A stretch of DNA of 64,000 nucleotides from Candidatus Delongbacteria bacterium. Lineage in GTDB: Bacteria; CAIWAD01. Each line of letters opens with the position of its first letter. Positions within the stretch are counted from its first letter, which is position 1. The stretch lies in contig OY760505.1 of the NCBI GenBank assembly GCA_963663545.1, positions 2,240,001 through 2,304,000 of the forward strand. The letters are read 5' to 3'. The notes below the pieces were generated by a model. That model worked only from the letters and a program-made list of their open reading frames with translations. It was not told where the DNA came from and did no database searches. Below, piece after piece: positions 20,490-30,373 of the stretch. A program made the translations under genes and the position numbers.

Positions 20490-21566
20490 GTGAAGAACGA
20501 ACTTGACATCTTTGTTTCCATGCCATATGGAAGTGATGCACATTCAGAAGGCTATTGGAAGCGTTTCTTCGAACAAGGCATAGATCCAGTGTCGGCGAAA
20601 TCAGATCAGCTCGGGTACAAACCAGTTTTTCATCGTGCTGATTTAGAACCAAGCGCATTAGATTTAAAAGAGAGTGTACAACGTTTATTAGACAAATGTG
20701 ATGTTTGTCTTGCAGTTATAACGGGCGCAAATCCGAACGTGTTTTGGGAAGTGGGATACGCGGTGGCGAAAGAGAAACCAGTAATCTATGTTGTTGAGAA
20801 GGACATTCCTGAAAAGCAATACTCACCTGTACTAGTTGCCGGCGCGCTCAAAATAATGTACGATGGAACGGTGTTTGATGATACTGATCCTGTAAGCGGG
20901 AAGTTGCGTGAGTTTCAGCAACAGATTCGTGCATTTCTTAAGGTTGCAAGAACGATAGCGGCAGGAATGCACAAACCGGCACCACAATATGCGGTTTATT
21001 GTAACAGAGAGTTAGTCGGATTACCTGAGATTGTAGCAAAGGCAACGAGGTCAGTTAGCCTAATAACGACAAATCTAAGCTATTTTGCAAACGAAGATCT
21101 GTTTAAAGTATCCTTCGAGAATGAAGAGAGATTTGCATTTGATATTCCAGTGAAAAGAGGAGTTGACGTTAAAATTCTTGCCTTGAATCCCGACAGCATC
21201 ATTGCTGAATACAGGGCAAGGCAGCTTGGCCGTGATCATGACATTGCTGGATACCGCGAGCAACTGAGAAAAGCGGCAAAATTCCTATATAAAAGATACT
21301 TACAGTATCCAAATGTTGATATAAGAATATATGATGATCTACCACTTCAGATTACTGCGATTGTCGATAATAAAGTAGTAACAAGCATAGTTAGCCGTGG
21401 ACAACAGGCAAGAAACAACATTCATGCGTCATTTGATATTGATTATGCTGGCGCAAGAGCTTCATTCGAAAAGCATATTGCAGAAGTGCTTGCACAAGTT
21501 CAAACCTGCCACATAAGCAGATTTGCTTGGGTTAGACAGTGTGATAACGGCGAAAAAGATATGTGA
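20490..21566 (+). CDS. Nucleoside-2-deoxyribosyltransferase/TIR-like domain fused to a PLD-like (DUF5919-like) domain (cassette 3)
   Basis: FVSMPY..CDVCLAVITGANPNVFWEVGYAVAKEKPVI; VKILALNPDS..IRIYDDLP..IVDN; GTG start after AGGAG. Confidence 0.65.
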   Translation: MKNELDIFVSMPYGSDAHSEGYWKRFFEQGIDPVSAKSDQLGYKPVFHRADLEPSALDLKESVQRLLDKCDVCLAVITGANPNVFWEVGYAVAKEKPVIYVVEKDIPEKQYSPVLVAGALKIMYDGTVFDDTDPVSGKLREFQQQIRAFLKVARTIAAGMHKPAPQYAVYCNRELVGLPEIVAKATRSVSLITTNLSYFANEDLFKVSFENEERFAFDIPVKRGVDVKILALNPDSIIAEYRARQLGRDHDIAGYREQLRKAAKFLYKRYLQYPNVDIRIYDDLPLQITAIVDNKVVTSIVSRGQQARNNIHASFDIDYAGARASFEKHIAEVLAQVQTCHISRFAWVRQCDNGEKDM

Positions 21567-21567
21567 G

Positions 21568-21696
21568 ATCTAACATCAGCTTGCAGCCGACTTTGCGCCT
21601 GTCACGTCGCTTGCACGCAAGGGGCACAAAGAGAAAACAAAAGACGCAAAGGCAAGCGCCGCGCCAGGCGCGTCGCGGCTGAAGCCAACGTTAGTA
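21568..21696 (+). other. attC site 3 (129 bp)
   Basis: ATCTAAC..gctt[g]cagccg..gcgcctg..cgcttgc / gcaagcg..caggcgc..cggctgaagc..GTTAGTA. Confidence 0.9.
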
Positions 21697-21731
21697 TGGC
21701 ATCGTTCCTCCTAAATAAGAAGTGAACATCA

Positions 21732-22301
21732 ATGTTTTCAGATTACTTTGCATCAATTCCAATCATTGCGACAAAAAGATTATGCTTACGGCAATTTACG
21801 ATTGAAGACATTCCGGCATATAGGAAAGAATTTGAAAGTGAACATATTCAGAAATATCTAGGAGGAGTGTTACTTTTGAAGAATAATGAAGAAGATGCAC
21901 AAAATTGGATTCGGAATATCAATGATCGATTGCTCAAGAGAAAACTTGTATTGACGTGGCATATTGTTAATCATCAAGAACAAAGTATTGGACGGGTTGA
22001 TCTGGGCGGATTTCGCCAAAGAAAAGTTGCAGAAATCTCCTATTATATTTGGAAAGCATCGTGGGGAAATGGATACGGAACAGAAGCTGTTGAGGCCGTG
22101 ATCCGGTTTGGATTTCATCACTTGGAGCTTGAGAGAATATCAGCAACAATTCATATAGAAAACCTTGGATCGCAAAAATTGATTGAGAAGGTCGGATTGA
22201 GAAAAGAAGGAGTCTTGAGGAACTATCCTCTCGGTAAAAGCCTCCAAGATGTGTATATGTATTCAATCATTCGAGAAGAATATGGTTGTCCAAAAGTATA
22301 A
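21732..22301 (+). CDS. GNAT acetyltransferase, RimJ/RimL family (cassette 4)
   Basis: TKRLCLRQF, AEISY..WGNGYGTEA, NLGSQKLIEKVG..EGVLR. Confidence 0.9.
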   Translation: MFSDYFASIPIIATKRLCLRQFTIEDIPAYRKEFESEHIQKYLGGVLLLKNNEEDAQNWIRNINDRLLKRKLVLTWHIVNHQEQSIGRVDLGGFRQRKVAEISYYIWKASWGNGYGTEAVEAVIRFGFHHLELERISATIHIENLGSQKLIEKVGLRKEGVLRNYPLGKSLQDVYMYSIIREEYGCPKV

Positions 22302-22352
22302 AAGGCATGTTGCGCTGACCGAATAGGTAGCAGCAGACTCAGAGAAGACCAT

Positions 22353-22449
22353 TTCTAACGATGCGTTTGCAGACTGACTTGAATCAGACGTCGATGGGCG
22401 AAAGGCAAGCGCCGCGCCAAGCGCGTCGCGGCTGAAGCCATCGTTAGCG
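22353..22449 (+). other. attC site 4 (97 bp, left arm degenerate)
   Basis: TTCTAAC...GTTAGCG; the right arm matches attC3 at 45/47. Confidence 0.7.
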
Positions 22450-22462
22450 CATTACAACCACG

Positions 22463-23272
22463 ATGATCCAAAAGTCACAAATTCCCCGCATTTCGAACGC
22501 ACAGCTGGAGGCGATCTGCAAGGCCATTGCTGACACAGATCTTGGCCTGACAGGATCTGAGATTGCACGAACACTACAGCTAGCAGGAATTGATGACGTT
22601 GACGAGCGCAACACCAAGTGGAAGCGCTTGCTGAACGCCCTTGCCGCCCGAGCAAACGCGGATGGCCACGCGGCTTGCGTCTTGAGCTTCTTGCGCCACG
22701 CAATGGAGCCCGCGCGCTATTCCGGTGATTGCAACACCTTCGAGATGCGCCGTGCGGCGGTGAATGTGCCACTGGCCTTCGTTGGTTTCGAGCTACGTGC
22801 CGATGGCCGTTTTGCTCGCGTGAAGGCGGCAGCAAATCTCAGCGAGGCGGAAGCTCGCGCTGGCAGACTGCGCACGAAGCTGGAGGCGCGTGGCGTCCAT
22901 GCGAAGGTCTTTGAGTACTGCCGGGCTGAGCTGCTCGAGAACAACTGCTTTCACGCAGTGTTGGAGGCGACGAAAAGCGTGGCTGCGCAATTGCGGCAGA
23001 TGAGCGGACTGACAGGCGACGGTGCGCCTCTTGTTGACGCCTCACTTGGTGGCACGACGCCAAGGATTCGCATTAACTCGTTCGCTACCGAGTCCGAGCA
23101 GGGTGAGCAGCGCGGCTTCTGCAATCTCGTGAAGGGGCTCTTCGGCGTCTTCCGTAACCCGACTGCCCACGAACCGCGCACCGAGTGGGAAATGTCAGAA
23201 GAAGACGCGCTGGATCTATTTGTGCTTGTGTCGTATGTGCATCGTCGGCTGGAGCGCGGCACCGTGATGTAG
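22463..23272 (+). CDS. TIGR02391-family protein with a HEPN-like RxxxxH motif (cassette 5)
   Basis: GLTGSEI..TKWKRL; FHAVLEATKSV..DGAPLVD..EQRGF..GLFGVFRNPTAHE. Confidence 0.8.
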   Translation: MIQKSQIPRISNAQLEAICKAIADTDLGLTGSEIARTLQLAGIDDVDERNTKWKRLLNALAARANADGHAACVLSFLRHAMEPARYSGDCNTFEMRRAAVNVPLAFVGFELRADGRFARVKAAANLSEAEARAGRLRTKLEARGVHAKVFEYCRAELLENNCFHAVLEATKSVAAQLRQMSGLTGDGAPLVDASLGGTTPRIRINSFATESEQGEQRGFCNLVKGLFGVFRNPTAHEPRTEWEMSEEDALDLFVLVSYVHRRLERGTVM

Positions 23273-23582
23273 CCTCTTCAGCAAACAACGGCACACCATC
23301 TCAACCACATCATCCGGCTCCAAGGGCTTCCTGGGAGGAGACAACATCCAGGCCACCATGGTGTTTGAGAGGGTTTTGTAGCAAGCATCGTCCATGCGAT
23401 CCCGTCCCAAGGTCTTACAAGTCACGAGTCGCTTCCCTTTCCCTACAAGCAGTGCGTCCACGATGACTATGCTGGGATAATCCTTAGCACATAGACTTAT
23501 AAGTCTTGGCCCTTCTCAACTGCATTTCCGTCAGCCATGACGCATATTCGTACTCGATACCATTCGCTCTCGAGGTGCTGCT

Positions 23583-23840
23583 ATGCAGACCAAACTCACT
23601 CTGCGACTTGATGATTCCCTCATCCAGCAAGCCAAGGCCTACTCGCGGGCCACGGGCAAGTCGCTCTCACGGATTGTTGCCGATTACTTCGCGCTGCTCG
23701 CTGTTACGCCCGCTGATGAGCTGCCGGAAATCACGCCGACTGTGCGAAAGCTTAGGGGTGCTCTTAAGGGCGCTGACGCAGATCGTTCCGACTATCGTGA
23801 GTACTTGGAGAAGAAGTCGCGTGTATCACAAGACATCTAG
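23583..23840 (+). CDS. Ribbon-helix-helix antitoxin-like protein (DUF6364-like); no toxin gene follows
   Basis: MQTKLTLRLDDSLIQQAKAYS..GKSLSRIVADYF..TPTVRKLRG..YREYLEKK; GAGG RBS. Confidence 0.75.
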   Translation: MQTKLTLRLDDSLIQQAKAYSRATGKSLSRIVADYFALLAVTPADELPEITPTVRKLRGALKGADADRSDYREYLEKKSRVSQDI

Positions 23841-24159
23841 CATTGGCCGAAGACGAGCCTCGCTGTGTTTATCCGCCGAAATCTAGAAGCCTATCTCACC
23901 AGAGCCCTCGACTAGGATCGCCACCCCCTATTCACAAACCCGCAACCAATCCCATTCATCCTGTATCACATCTCGCGCTGTATCACAGCCGAGCCGCTTC
24001 ATCACTAAGGACGAAGGCGCGCACTTGTTGTAACACAGAGAGACCTGAAGGCCTATGGACGAAGCTGCGCATCTAGCAAACGTCATTCTGTAGGGAGTTT
24101 ATGTGCGCCGCTTCGTCGAGGTGCTGGCAGCGCAGCTGGCGGCACACGCTCGCCGAGGT

Positions 24160-24195
24160 AAAGAAAAGGGGCGTCGCGAGACGCCCCTTTTCTTT
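24160..24195. terminator. Bidirectional terminator downstream of tRNA-Thr
   Basis: aaagaaaaggggcgtc-gcga-gacgccccttttcttt. Confidence 0.85.
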
Positions 24196-24199
24196 ACAC

Positions 24200-24272
<73 letters not shown>

Positions 24273-24343
24273 AACGAGACCCCAAGTTTAGCACCCGGGA
24301 TCTACATTTTCAAGATGCAAGCCCGGCAAGCGAGAGGAAGTTC

Positions 24344-27331
24344 TTACTCGCCCTTGCCGTGACACTGCTTGTACTTTTTGCCACTGCCACAGGGGCAGGG
24401 ATCGTTGCGACCGATGCGCGGACTTTCGCGGCGAACGGGCTGCGCGGCCTGTTGCTTGGCGACTTCTCGCTCTTCGCGACTTGTGGTGGGAGGCGCAGCG
24501 GCACCGCTGGAATGGAGCATATTCAGCTCCTGATGGCTGGCCTGGCCCCTGGGAGCCTGACCGCGCAGTTCCACATCCTCCTGCTTCAGCTCCACCTGCG
24601 CACGCAGAATGAGCTGAATGGCGTCCTCGAAAATGCTGATCAGCATGTCGCGGAACATGCCCAGACCCTGGCGCTTGTACTCGGTCAGCGGATTCTTTTG
24701 CGCATAGGCCTGGAAGCCGATGCCCGCTTTCAGGTCGTCCATTTCCGCCAGGTGACGACGCCAGTTGCGATCGGTGGCGGTGATAATGGCGAAGCGCTCG
24801 AGACGGTGCAGCAGGTCCTCGCCCAGGATCTCGGCCTTGCGCTCGTAGTTGGCGATGGTTTCCTGCTCGATGATCTCGATCAGCTCGTCCTGCGTAATCG
24901 AGCGCTCCTGACCCGGCGCCAAGCTAAGGTTGACCACCAGCAGGCGCATCAAGTCCTGGCGTAGCGCGGTCCAGGACCATTCGTCGGGACTGCCAGCCGG
25001 GTTGCAGTGGCGGTGCACCAGCGCGTCGGCCACATCGGCGATCATCACCCGCACGTGCTCGCTCTGGTTCTCGCCCTGCAGCGCGCTCTGGCGGCGGGCA
25101 TAGATTGTATTACGCTGGCTGTTGAGCACATCGTCGTATTCAATCAGGTGGCGGCGAATGGCGTAGTTCTGCTCTTCCACCCGCTTCTGCGCCTTCTCGA
25201 TGGAGTTGGTGATCATGCCGTGCGTAATCACCTCGCCTTCCTTCAGGCCCAGGCGGTCCATTACGCCCGCAATGCGCTCGCTGCCGAAGAGGCGCATCAG
25301 GTCGTCTTCCAGACTCAGGAAGAAGACCGACTCACCGGGATCGCCCTGGCGACCGGAACGGCCACGCAGCTGCAAATCGATGCGCCGTGATTCATGGCGC
25401 TCCGTACCCAGGATGAAAAGACCGCCTTCGGGACCGTTGGGACCCTGATGTATCACGCCTTCGCCCAGCTTGATGTCCGTGCCGCGACCGGCCATGTTGG
25501 TGGCAATGGTTACAGCGCCCGGCTGTCCAGCGTTGGCCACGGTCTCGGCCTCGCGTTGGTGCTGCTTGGCGTTGAGCACATTGTGCGGCACCTTGGCCTG
25601 GGTCAGCAGACGCGAGATGATTTCGCTGACTTCCACGCTGATGGTTCCGACGAGCACCGGCTGCTTCTTCTCGTGCAGTTCGGCGATCTTCTCGACGATG
25701 GCCGCGTACTTCTCTTTTTTGGTGCGGTAGATCAGATCGTTGCGATCCATTCGTATCACGGGATCGTTGGTCGGAATCTCGCAGACCTCGAGCTTGTAGA
25801 TGTCCCAGAACTCGCCAGCTTCTGTCGCGGCCGTTCCGGTCATACCCGCCAGGCTGCGGTAGCTGCGGAAGAAGTTCTGCAGCGTGATACTCGCCACCGT
25901 CTGTGTCTCACGCTCAATGGCGACGCCTTCCTTGGCTTCCAGCGCCTGGTGCAGACCGTCGGAGAAGCGACGTCCGTGTAACACGCGGCCGGTGTATTCA
26001 TCAACGATCTGGACCTTGTTGTCCTGCACCACGTACTCCACATCCTTCTCGTAGAGCGTGTAGGCGCGCAGGAGCTGGCTGATATTGTGAATGCGCTCGC
26101 TGCGATCCGAATAGCTGCTGTTCAGCTCATCGGCCAAGCGCAGGCGCTCTTCTTCACTCAGGTCGTGACGCTCCTGAATCTTGACGATCTCGGTGCTCAG
26201 ATCGGGCAGCACAAACATGTCTTCGCTCTGGCCCGTGTACTGGGCGAGCTTGTGGCGGCCGTTGTCCTGCAGGTCGATGATGTGATTGCGCTCGTCGATG
26301 CTGAAGAAGAGCTCCTGATCCAGCAGGTGCATATTCTTCTCGCGCAGGCGATCGTTCTCAACGCGCGTGATCAGGCGCTTGATGCCCTCTTCCTTGATGA
26401 TCTCGATGAACTCGGGCAGCTTGGGCATGGAATGCTGCGCCTGCAAAAGCAGAACGCCAACCTGGTACTGGTCCTCTTCCTTCTCGCTCTCCATCAGCTT
26501 GCGTGCCTGGGTAACGAGATCGCGCGTCTGCTTCTGCTGGTCACTGACGAGGCGCTTCACCGGATCCTTGAGCTCGCCGAATTTATGGGTGGATTTCTCC
26601 ACCGGGCCGGCGATGATCAACGGCGTACGGGCTTCATCAATCAACACCGAGTCGCACTCGTCGACGATGACGTAGTTGAAGCCGCGCTGGACCATGTCCT
26701 CCTTGCGCATGACCATGTTGTCGCGCAGGAAGTCGAAGCCGAACTGGGAGTTGGTTCCGTAGGTGATGTCGCACGCGTAGTTCTGCTGGCGCTTGTCGGC
26801 GTCCATGTTGGAGGTGATCACGCCGGCGGTCAGGCCAAGGTAGTTGTACAGCAGGCCCATCCACTGGGCGTCGCGCTCGGCCAGGTAGTCGTTGACGGTC
26901 ACCAGGTGTGCGCTCTTGCCGCTCAGCGCGTTCAAGTACAGCGGCATGGTGGCGACCAGGGTCTTTCCTTCACCAGTGGCCATTTCGGCAACCATTCCGC
27001 GGAAGAGGGCGATGGCGCCGATCAGCTGCACATCGTAAGGCACCATGTTCCACACCAGCTCGCGGCCGGTAACGGTAAACGTGGTGCCCACCAGACGACG
27101 GCAGGCTTCCTTGACAACGGCGAAGGCCTCGTACATCAGGTCGGCTTCGGTTTCGCCATTGGCCAGGCGGGTGCGGAACTCGTCCGTTTTGCCCTTCAGT
27201 TCATCTTCGCTAAGGCCTTCGAGTTGCTTCCACAACTCGTTGATGCGATCGATGTCCGCCTTGTACTTTGCGATCGTGGCGGCGCGACGATCACTCTTCT
27301 TGCCGAAAATGCCCTTGAGAAAACTCAGCAT
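24344..27331 (-). CDS. secA: Preprotein translocase ATPase SecA
   Basis: [34 protein letters not shown]-terminal [18 protein letters not shown]. Confidence 0.98.
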   Translation of the reverse strand: MLSFLKGIFGKKSDRRAATIAKYKADIDRINELWKQLEGLSEDELKGKTDEFRTRLANGETEADLMYEAFAVVKEACRRLVGTTFTVTGRELVWNMVPYDVQLIGAIALFRGMVAEMATGEGKTLVATMPLYLNALSGKSAHLVTVNDYLAERDAQWMGLLYNYLGLTAGVITSNMDADKRQQNYACDITYGTNSQFGFDFLRDNMVMRKEDMVQRGFNYVIVDECDSVLIDEARTPLIIAGPVEKSTHKFGELKDPVKRLVSDQQKQTRDLVTQARKLMESEKEEDQYQVGVLLLQAQHSMPKLPEFIEIIKEEGIKRLITRVENDRLREKNMHLLDQELFFSIDERNHIIDLQDNGRHKLAQYTGQSEDMFVLPDLSTEIVKIQERHDLSEEERLRLADELNSSYSDRSERIHNISQLLRAYTLYEKDVEYVVQDNKVQIVDEYTGRVLHGRRFSDGLHQALEAKEGVAIERETQTVASITLQNFFRSYRSLAGMTGTAATEAGEFWDIYKLEVCEIPTNDPVIRMDRNDLIYRTKKEKYAAIVEKIAELHEKKQPVLVGTISVEVSEIISRLLTQAKVPHNVLNAKQHQREAETVANAGQPGAVTIATNMAGRGTDIKLGEGVIHQGPNGPEGGLFILGTERHESRRIDLQLRGRSGRQGDPGESVFFLSLEDDLMRLFGSERIAGVMDRLGLKEGEVITHGMITNSIEKAQKRVEEQNYAIRRHLIEYDDVLNSQRNTIYARRQSALQGENQSEHVRVMIADVADALVHRHCNPAGSPDEWSWTALRQDLMRLLVVNLSLAPGQERSITQDELIEIIEQETIANYERKAEILGEDLLHRLERFAIITATDRNWRRHLAEMDDLKAGIGFQAYAQKNPLTEYKRQGLGMFRDMLISIFEDAIQLILRAQVELKQEDVELRGQAPRGQASHQELNMLHSSGAAAPPTTSREEREVAKQQAAQPVRRESPRIGRNDPCPCGSGKKYKQCHGKGE

Positions 27332-27694
27332 AGACCTTCACCTTGTTTGCGACAGCTTCCGGAGCGTGTGCTTCATGCAGTCAAACCGCTGGCCGGAGCA
27401 CAGAACAACAATAGTAAGAAAGGGTCTCCATAGATGTGAATGTACGCGAAAGCTGTTGTGCCTCTCCTGTAGCGCGTATTACAGGTGTTTCGAGGTTGCC
27501 ATCGTGCGAACTGCAGGGAGATCCAGCGAAAGAGCGCGGAACGAAAGGCGGCTCAACGCACGAAATCAGCACTTCGTTCCCGCTCGCCTTCGAGCTCGTG
27601 TTGTCCCGACAGGGGACAATTGCAAACTTCGATCACCAAAACGACAAGCCTGGCCCGCAGCCGGGTGCAACTCCTAGTCCACTGGAGACCCATC

Positions 27695-28927
27695 ATGTCC
27701 GATCTGAAATACGGTTCCGTCAGCTCCGCCAAGGCCATGGAGCTGGAAGAGCGCCACGGCGCGCACAATTATCATCCTCTGCCGGTCGTGCTGGCTCGCG
27801 GCGAAGGCGTGTACGTCTGGGATCCCGAAGGCAAGCGCTACTACGATTTCCTGTCGGCCTACAGCGCAGTGAACCAGGGCCATTGCCATCCGCGCATCGT
27901 CAAGGCCATGTGCGAGCAGGCCCAGGTGCTGACGCTGACCAGTCGCGCTTTCTTCAACAATGTGTTGGGCGAGTACGAGAAGTTCATCACCGAGTATTTC
28001 GGCTTCGAGATGGTGCTGCCGATGAACTCCGGCGTTGAGGGCGACGAGACCGCTTGCAAGCTTGCGCGCAAGTGGGGCTACGTCAAGAAGGGCATTCCCG
28101 CGAACCAGGCCAAGATCATTGTGGCAGAGGGTAACTTCCACGGCCGCACCATGGGCATCATTTCCGCCTCCACCGATCCGGATTGCACCGAGGGCTTCGG
28201 CCCCTTCCTGCCCGGCTTCATCAAGATTCCCTACAACGATCTGGACGCGCTGCGCGCAGCAGCCCAGGATCCGACCGTGTGTGCTTTCCTGGTGGAGCCC
28301 ATTCAGGGCGAGGCCGGTGTGTTCGTGCCCGACGACGGCTACCTTAGCGGCGTGCGCGAGATCTGCAGCGCGAACAACGTGCTTCTCATCGCCGACGAGG
28401 TGCAGACGGGCATCGCCCGCACAGGTCGTCTGCTGGCGGTGGATCACGAGGACGTGCGCCCCGACATTCTGATTCTGGGCAAGGCGCTTTCCGGCGGTGC
28501 GATGCCGGTGTCCGCTGTGCTGGCCGACAAGGACATCATGCTCTGCATCAAGCCCGGCGAACACGGATCGACCTTCGGCGGCAATCCCCTGGCCTGCAAG
28601 GTGGCTATGGAAGCGCTGAACGTGGTGCGCGATGAGAAGCTGGCGGAGAACGCCGAGCGGCTGGGGAAGATCTTCCGTGAGCGCGTGCGTGCCATTGATC
28701 ACCCAATGATCGGCGAAGTGCGCGGCAAGGGTCTGCTGAACGCGGTCGTGGTGAGCCCAAAGAACGGCAAGACGGCGTGGGACATCTGTGTGGCGCTGAA
28801 GGACAACGGCATGCTGGCCAAGCCCACTCACGACCACATCATTCGCTTCGCGCCGCCCCTGGTGATCACCGAGGAGCAGATTGAAGAGTGCGTCGCCATT
28901 CTGGAGCGTACTTTCAAGCAGTTCTAG
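27695..28927 (+). CDS. rocD: Ornithine--oxo-acid aminotransferase
   Basis: [55 protein letters not shown]. Confidence 0.93.
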   Translation: MSDLKYGSVSSAKAMELEERHGAHNYHPLPVVLARGEGVYVWDPEGKRYYDFLSAYSAVNQGHCHPRIVKAMCEQAQVLTLTSRAFFNNVLGEYEKFITEYFGFEMVLPMNSGVEGDETACKLARKWGYVKKGIPANQAKIIVAEGNFHGRTMGIISASTDPDCTEGFGPFLPGFIKIPYNDLDALRAAAQDPTVCAFLVEPIQGEAGVFVPDDGYLSGVREICSANNVLLIADEVQTGIARTGRLLAVDHEDVRPDILILGKALSGGAMPVSAVLADKDIMLCIKPGEHGSTFGGNPLACKVAMEALNVVRDEKLAENAERLGKIFRERVRAIDHPMIGEVRGKGLLNAVVVSPKNGKTAWDICVALKDNGMLAKPTHDHIIRFAPPLVITEEQIEECVAILERTFKQF

Positions 28928-28957
28928 AACTCTAGAACTCTAGGAATCGTGTGATAC

Positions 28958-28983
28958 AAAGCCCGGCTGGTCCGGGCTTTTTT
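28958..28983. terminator. Terminator between convergent rocD and flagellin genes
   Basis: aaagcccgg-ctggt-ccgggctttttt. Confidence 0.8.
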
Positions 28984-29053
28984 GGCGATGACCACAATGG
29001 AAAAGGCCGGCGAATGCCGGCCCCTTCGTGAATACGAATCAGGAATGGTCTGC

Positions 29054-29908
29054 TTAGCCGATCAGTCCGGCAATCATGCTGGGCACCTGGTTCGCCTGCG
29101 CCTGCATGGCGATACCCGACTGCATCAGGATCTGATTGCGCGTGTAGTTGGACATTTCGGTAGCCACATCGGCGTCGCGAATCGTTGATTCGGACGAGGT
29201 GATGTTCTCACGAGAGATCTGCAGGTTTTGAACCGTCGCCTGCAGACGACTCACGTAGGAGCCGATTCTTGTGCGCTCGGTGTCCTTGGTGTCGATGGCT
29301 AAATCCAACACGTTGATGGCACTCTGGGCGCTGGCTGTGTTGGTCAGGTCCACACCGGTCAAGCCCAGTCCGACGGCCGTCATGTCCGCAAGGTTCACGT
29401 AGTAGTAATCCTCGTTGGACACATTGTAGGTGCCGATGTGGAACTTGATCCCCTGGCCACCAGGACTCGCGGCGCCTTCAGAGTACGTACCGTCAATCAG
29501 ATTCAGCCCGTTGTAGTTCGTCACCTCGGCAATACGAGTGATTTCACTCTTGAGCTGCTGGAATTCCACGTCCAGGTAATTGCGGTCAAGATCAGTCAGC
29601 GTACCGTTCGAGGCTTCGACAGCCAGAGCCCTCATGCGAATCAGTTTTTCGTCGATAACACTGAGGGCACCTTCGGCGGTTGCGAGCATATTGATTGCGT
29701 AGTTGGCGTTGCGCTCGGCTTCCACCATCGAATCAATCTGCGCCCGCATTTTCTCGGACACCGCCAGTCCGGCCGGGTCATCCCAGGCGTAGTTCACCCG
29801 TAGGCCCGAAGAGAGCCTGGTGACTGCCCGGTTGAGCTCGTTATTGGTGTTCGTCAGATTTCTGTGAACTCCAAGGCTGAGCGGGTTTTGCTTGATGCTC
29901 AAGCTCAT
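29054..29908 (-). CDS. fliC: Flagellin (short, 284 aa)
   Basis: RLSSGLRVN..DDPAGLAVSE N-terminus; IRDADVATEM..QILMQSGIAMQAQAN C-terminus. Confidence 0.93.
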   Translation of the reverse strand: MSLSIKQNPLSLGVHRNLTNTNNELNRAVTRLSSGLRVNYAWDDPAGLAVSEKMRAQIDSMVEAERNANYAINMLATAEGALSVIDEKLIRMRALAVEASNGTLTDLDRNYLDVEFQQLKSEITRIAEVTNYNGLNLIDGTYSEGAASPGGQGIKFHIGTYNVSNEDYYYVNLADMTAVGLGLTGVDLTNTASAQSAINVLDLAIDTKDTERTRIGSYVSRLQATVQNLQISRENITSSESTIRDADVATEMSNYTRNQILMQSGIAMQAQANQVPSMIAGLIG

Positions 29909-30373
29909 AAGTCAATCCCCCTTAATAGGATTCGACCATAACAATTAGATCCACCAGCTCTTTTGCTCTCATACATAAACCAGGATACTCCAGCTTCCCC
30001 ACCATACACACCAAGCGTTCTCCCAAACGGTGCACAGTAGGGCTGCACAAGATTTCGGCTCCTTTCGCCGGGTTCTGCACGAGGGGAAAGCGGTTGCAGC
30101 AAGCGGAAATCGGCAGAATGTGCTCTGCTCAATGATTGTGATACACGCATGATTTGTGAAACATCAATAAAAACATGCTGTAAGAAGGTGTTGCTGCCGG
30201 GCGGCAGAATTTTGTGATACACCGGAAAAAGCTGCTGGCGGGTGCCGTGGGTAGGGTTTGAGTCTGGAAGTTCGCAACTCGGCTTTCCTGCAGGCTTTGT
30301 TTGCTCCGGCGGGGGGCTTTCTTTATTCTGCAGCGGAAGGCAAGACGTTAGCTGCTATAGGGGTACTACCCGT

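Noticed and set aside
27340..27690. Riboswitch in the secA-rocD intergenic region
   Set aside because: Imperfect hairpins are present, but I recognise no aptamer consensus; an Rfam scan would be needed.
28924..28945. CTAGAACT micro-tandem repeat at the rocD stop
   Set aside because: About 2.5 copies of 8 bp; most likely slippage with no evident function.
30050..30140. Sigma28 promoter for the flagellin gene
   Set aside because: GCCGATTT/GCCGAAAT-like -10 boxes exist on the minus strand but there is no convincing TAAA -35 at the right spacing.
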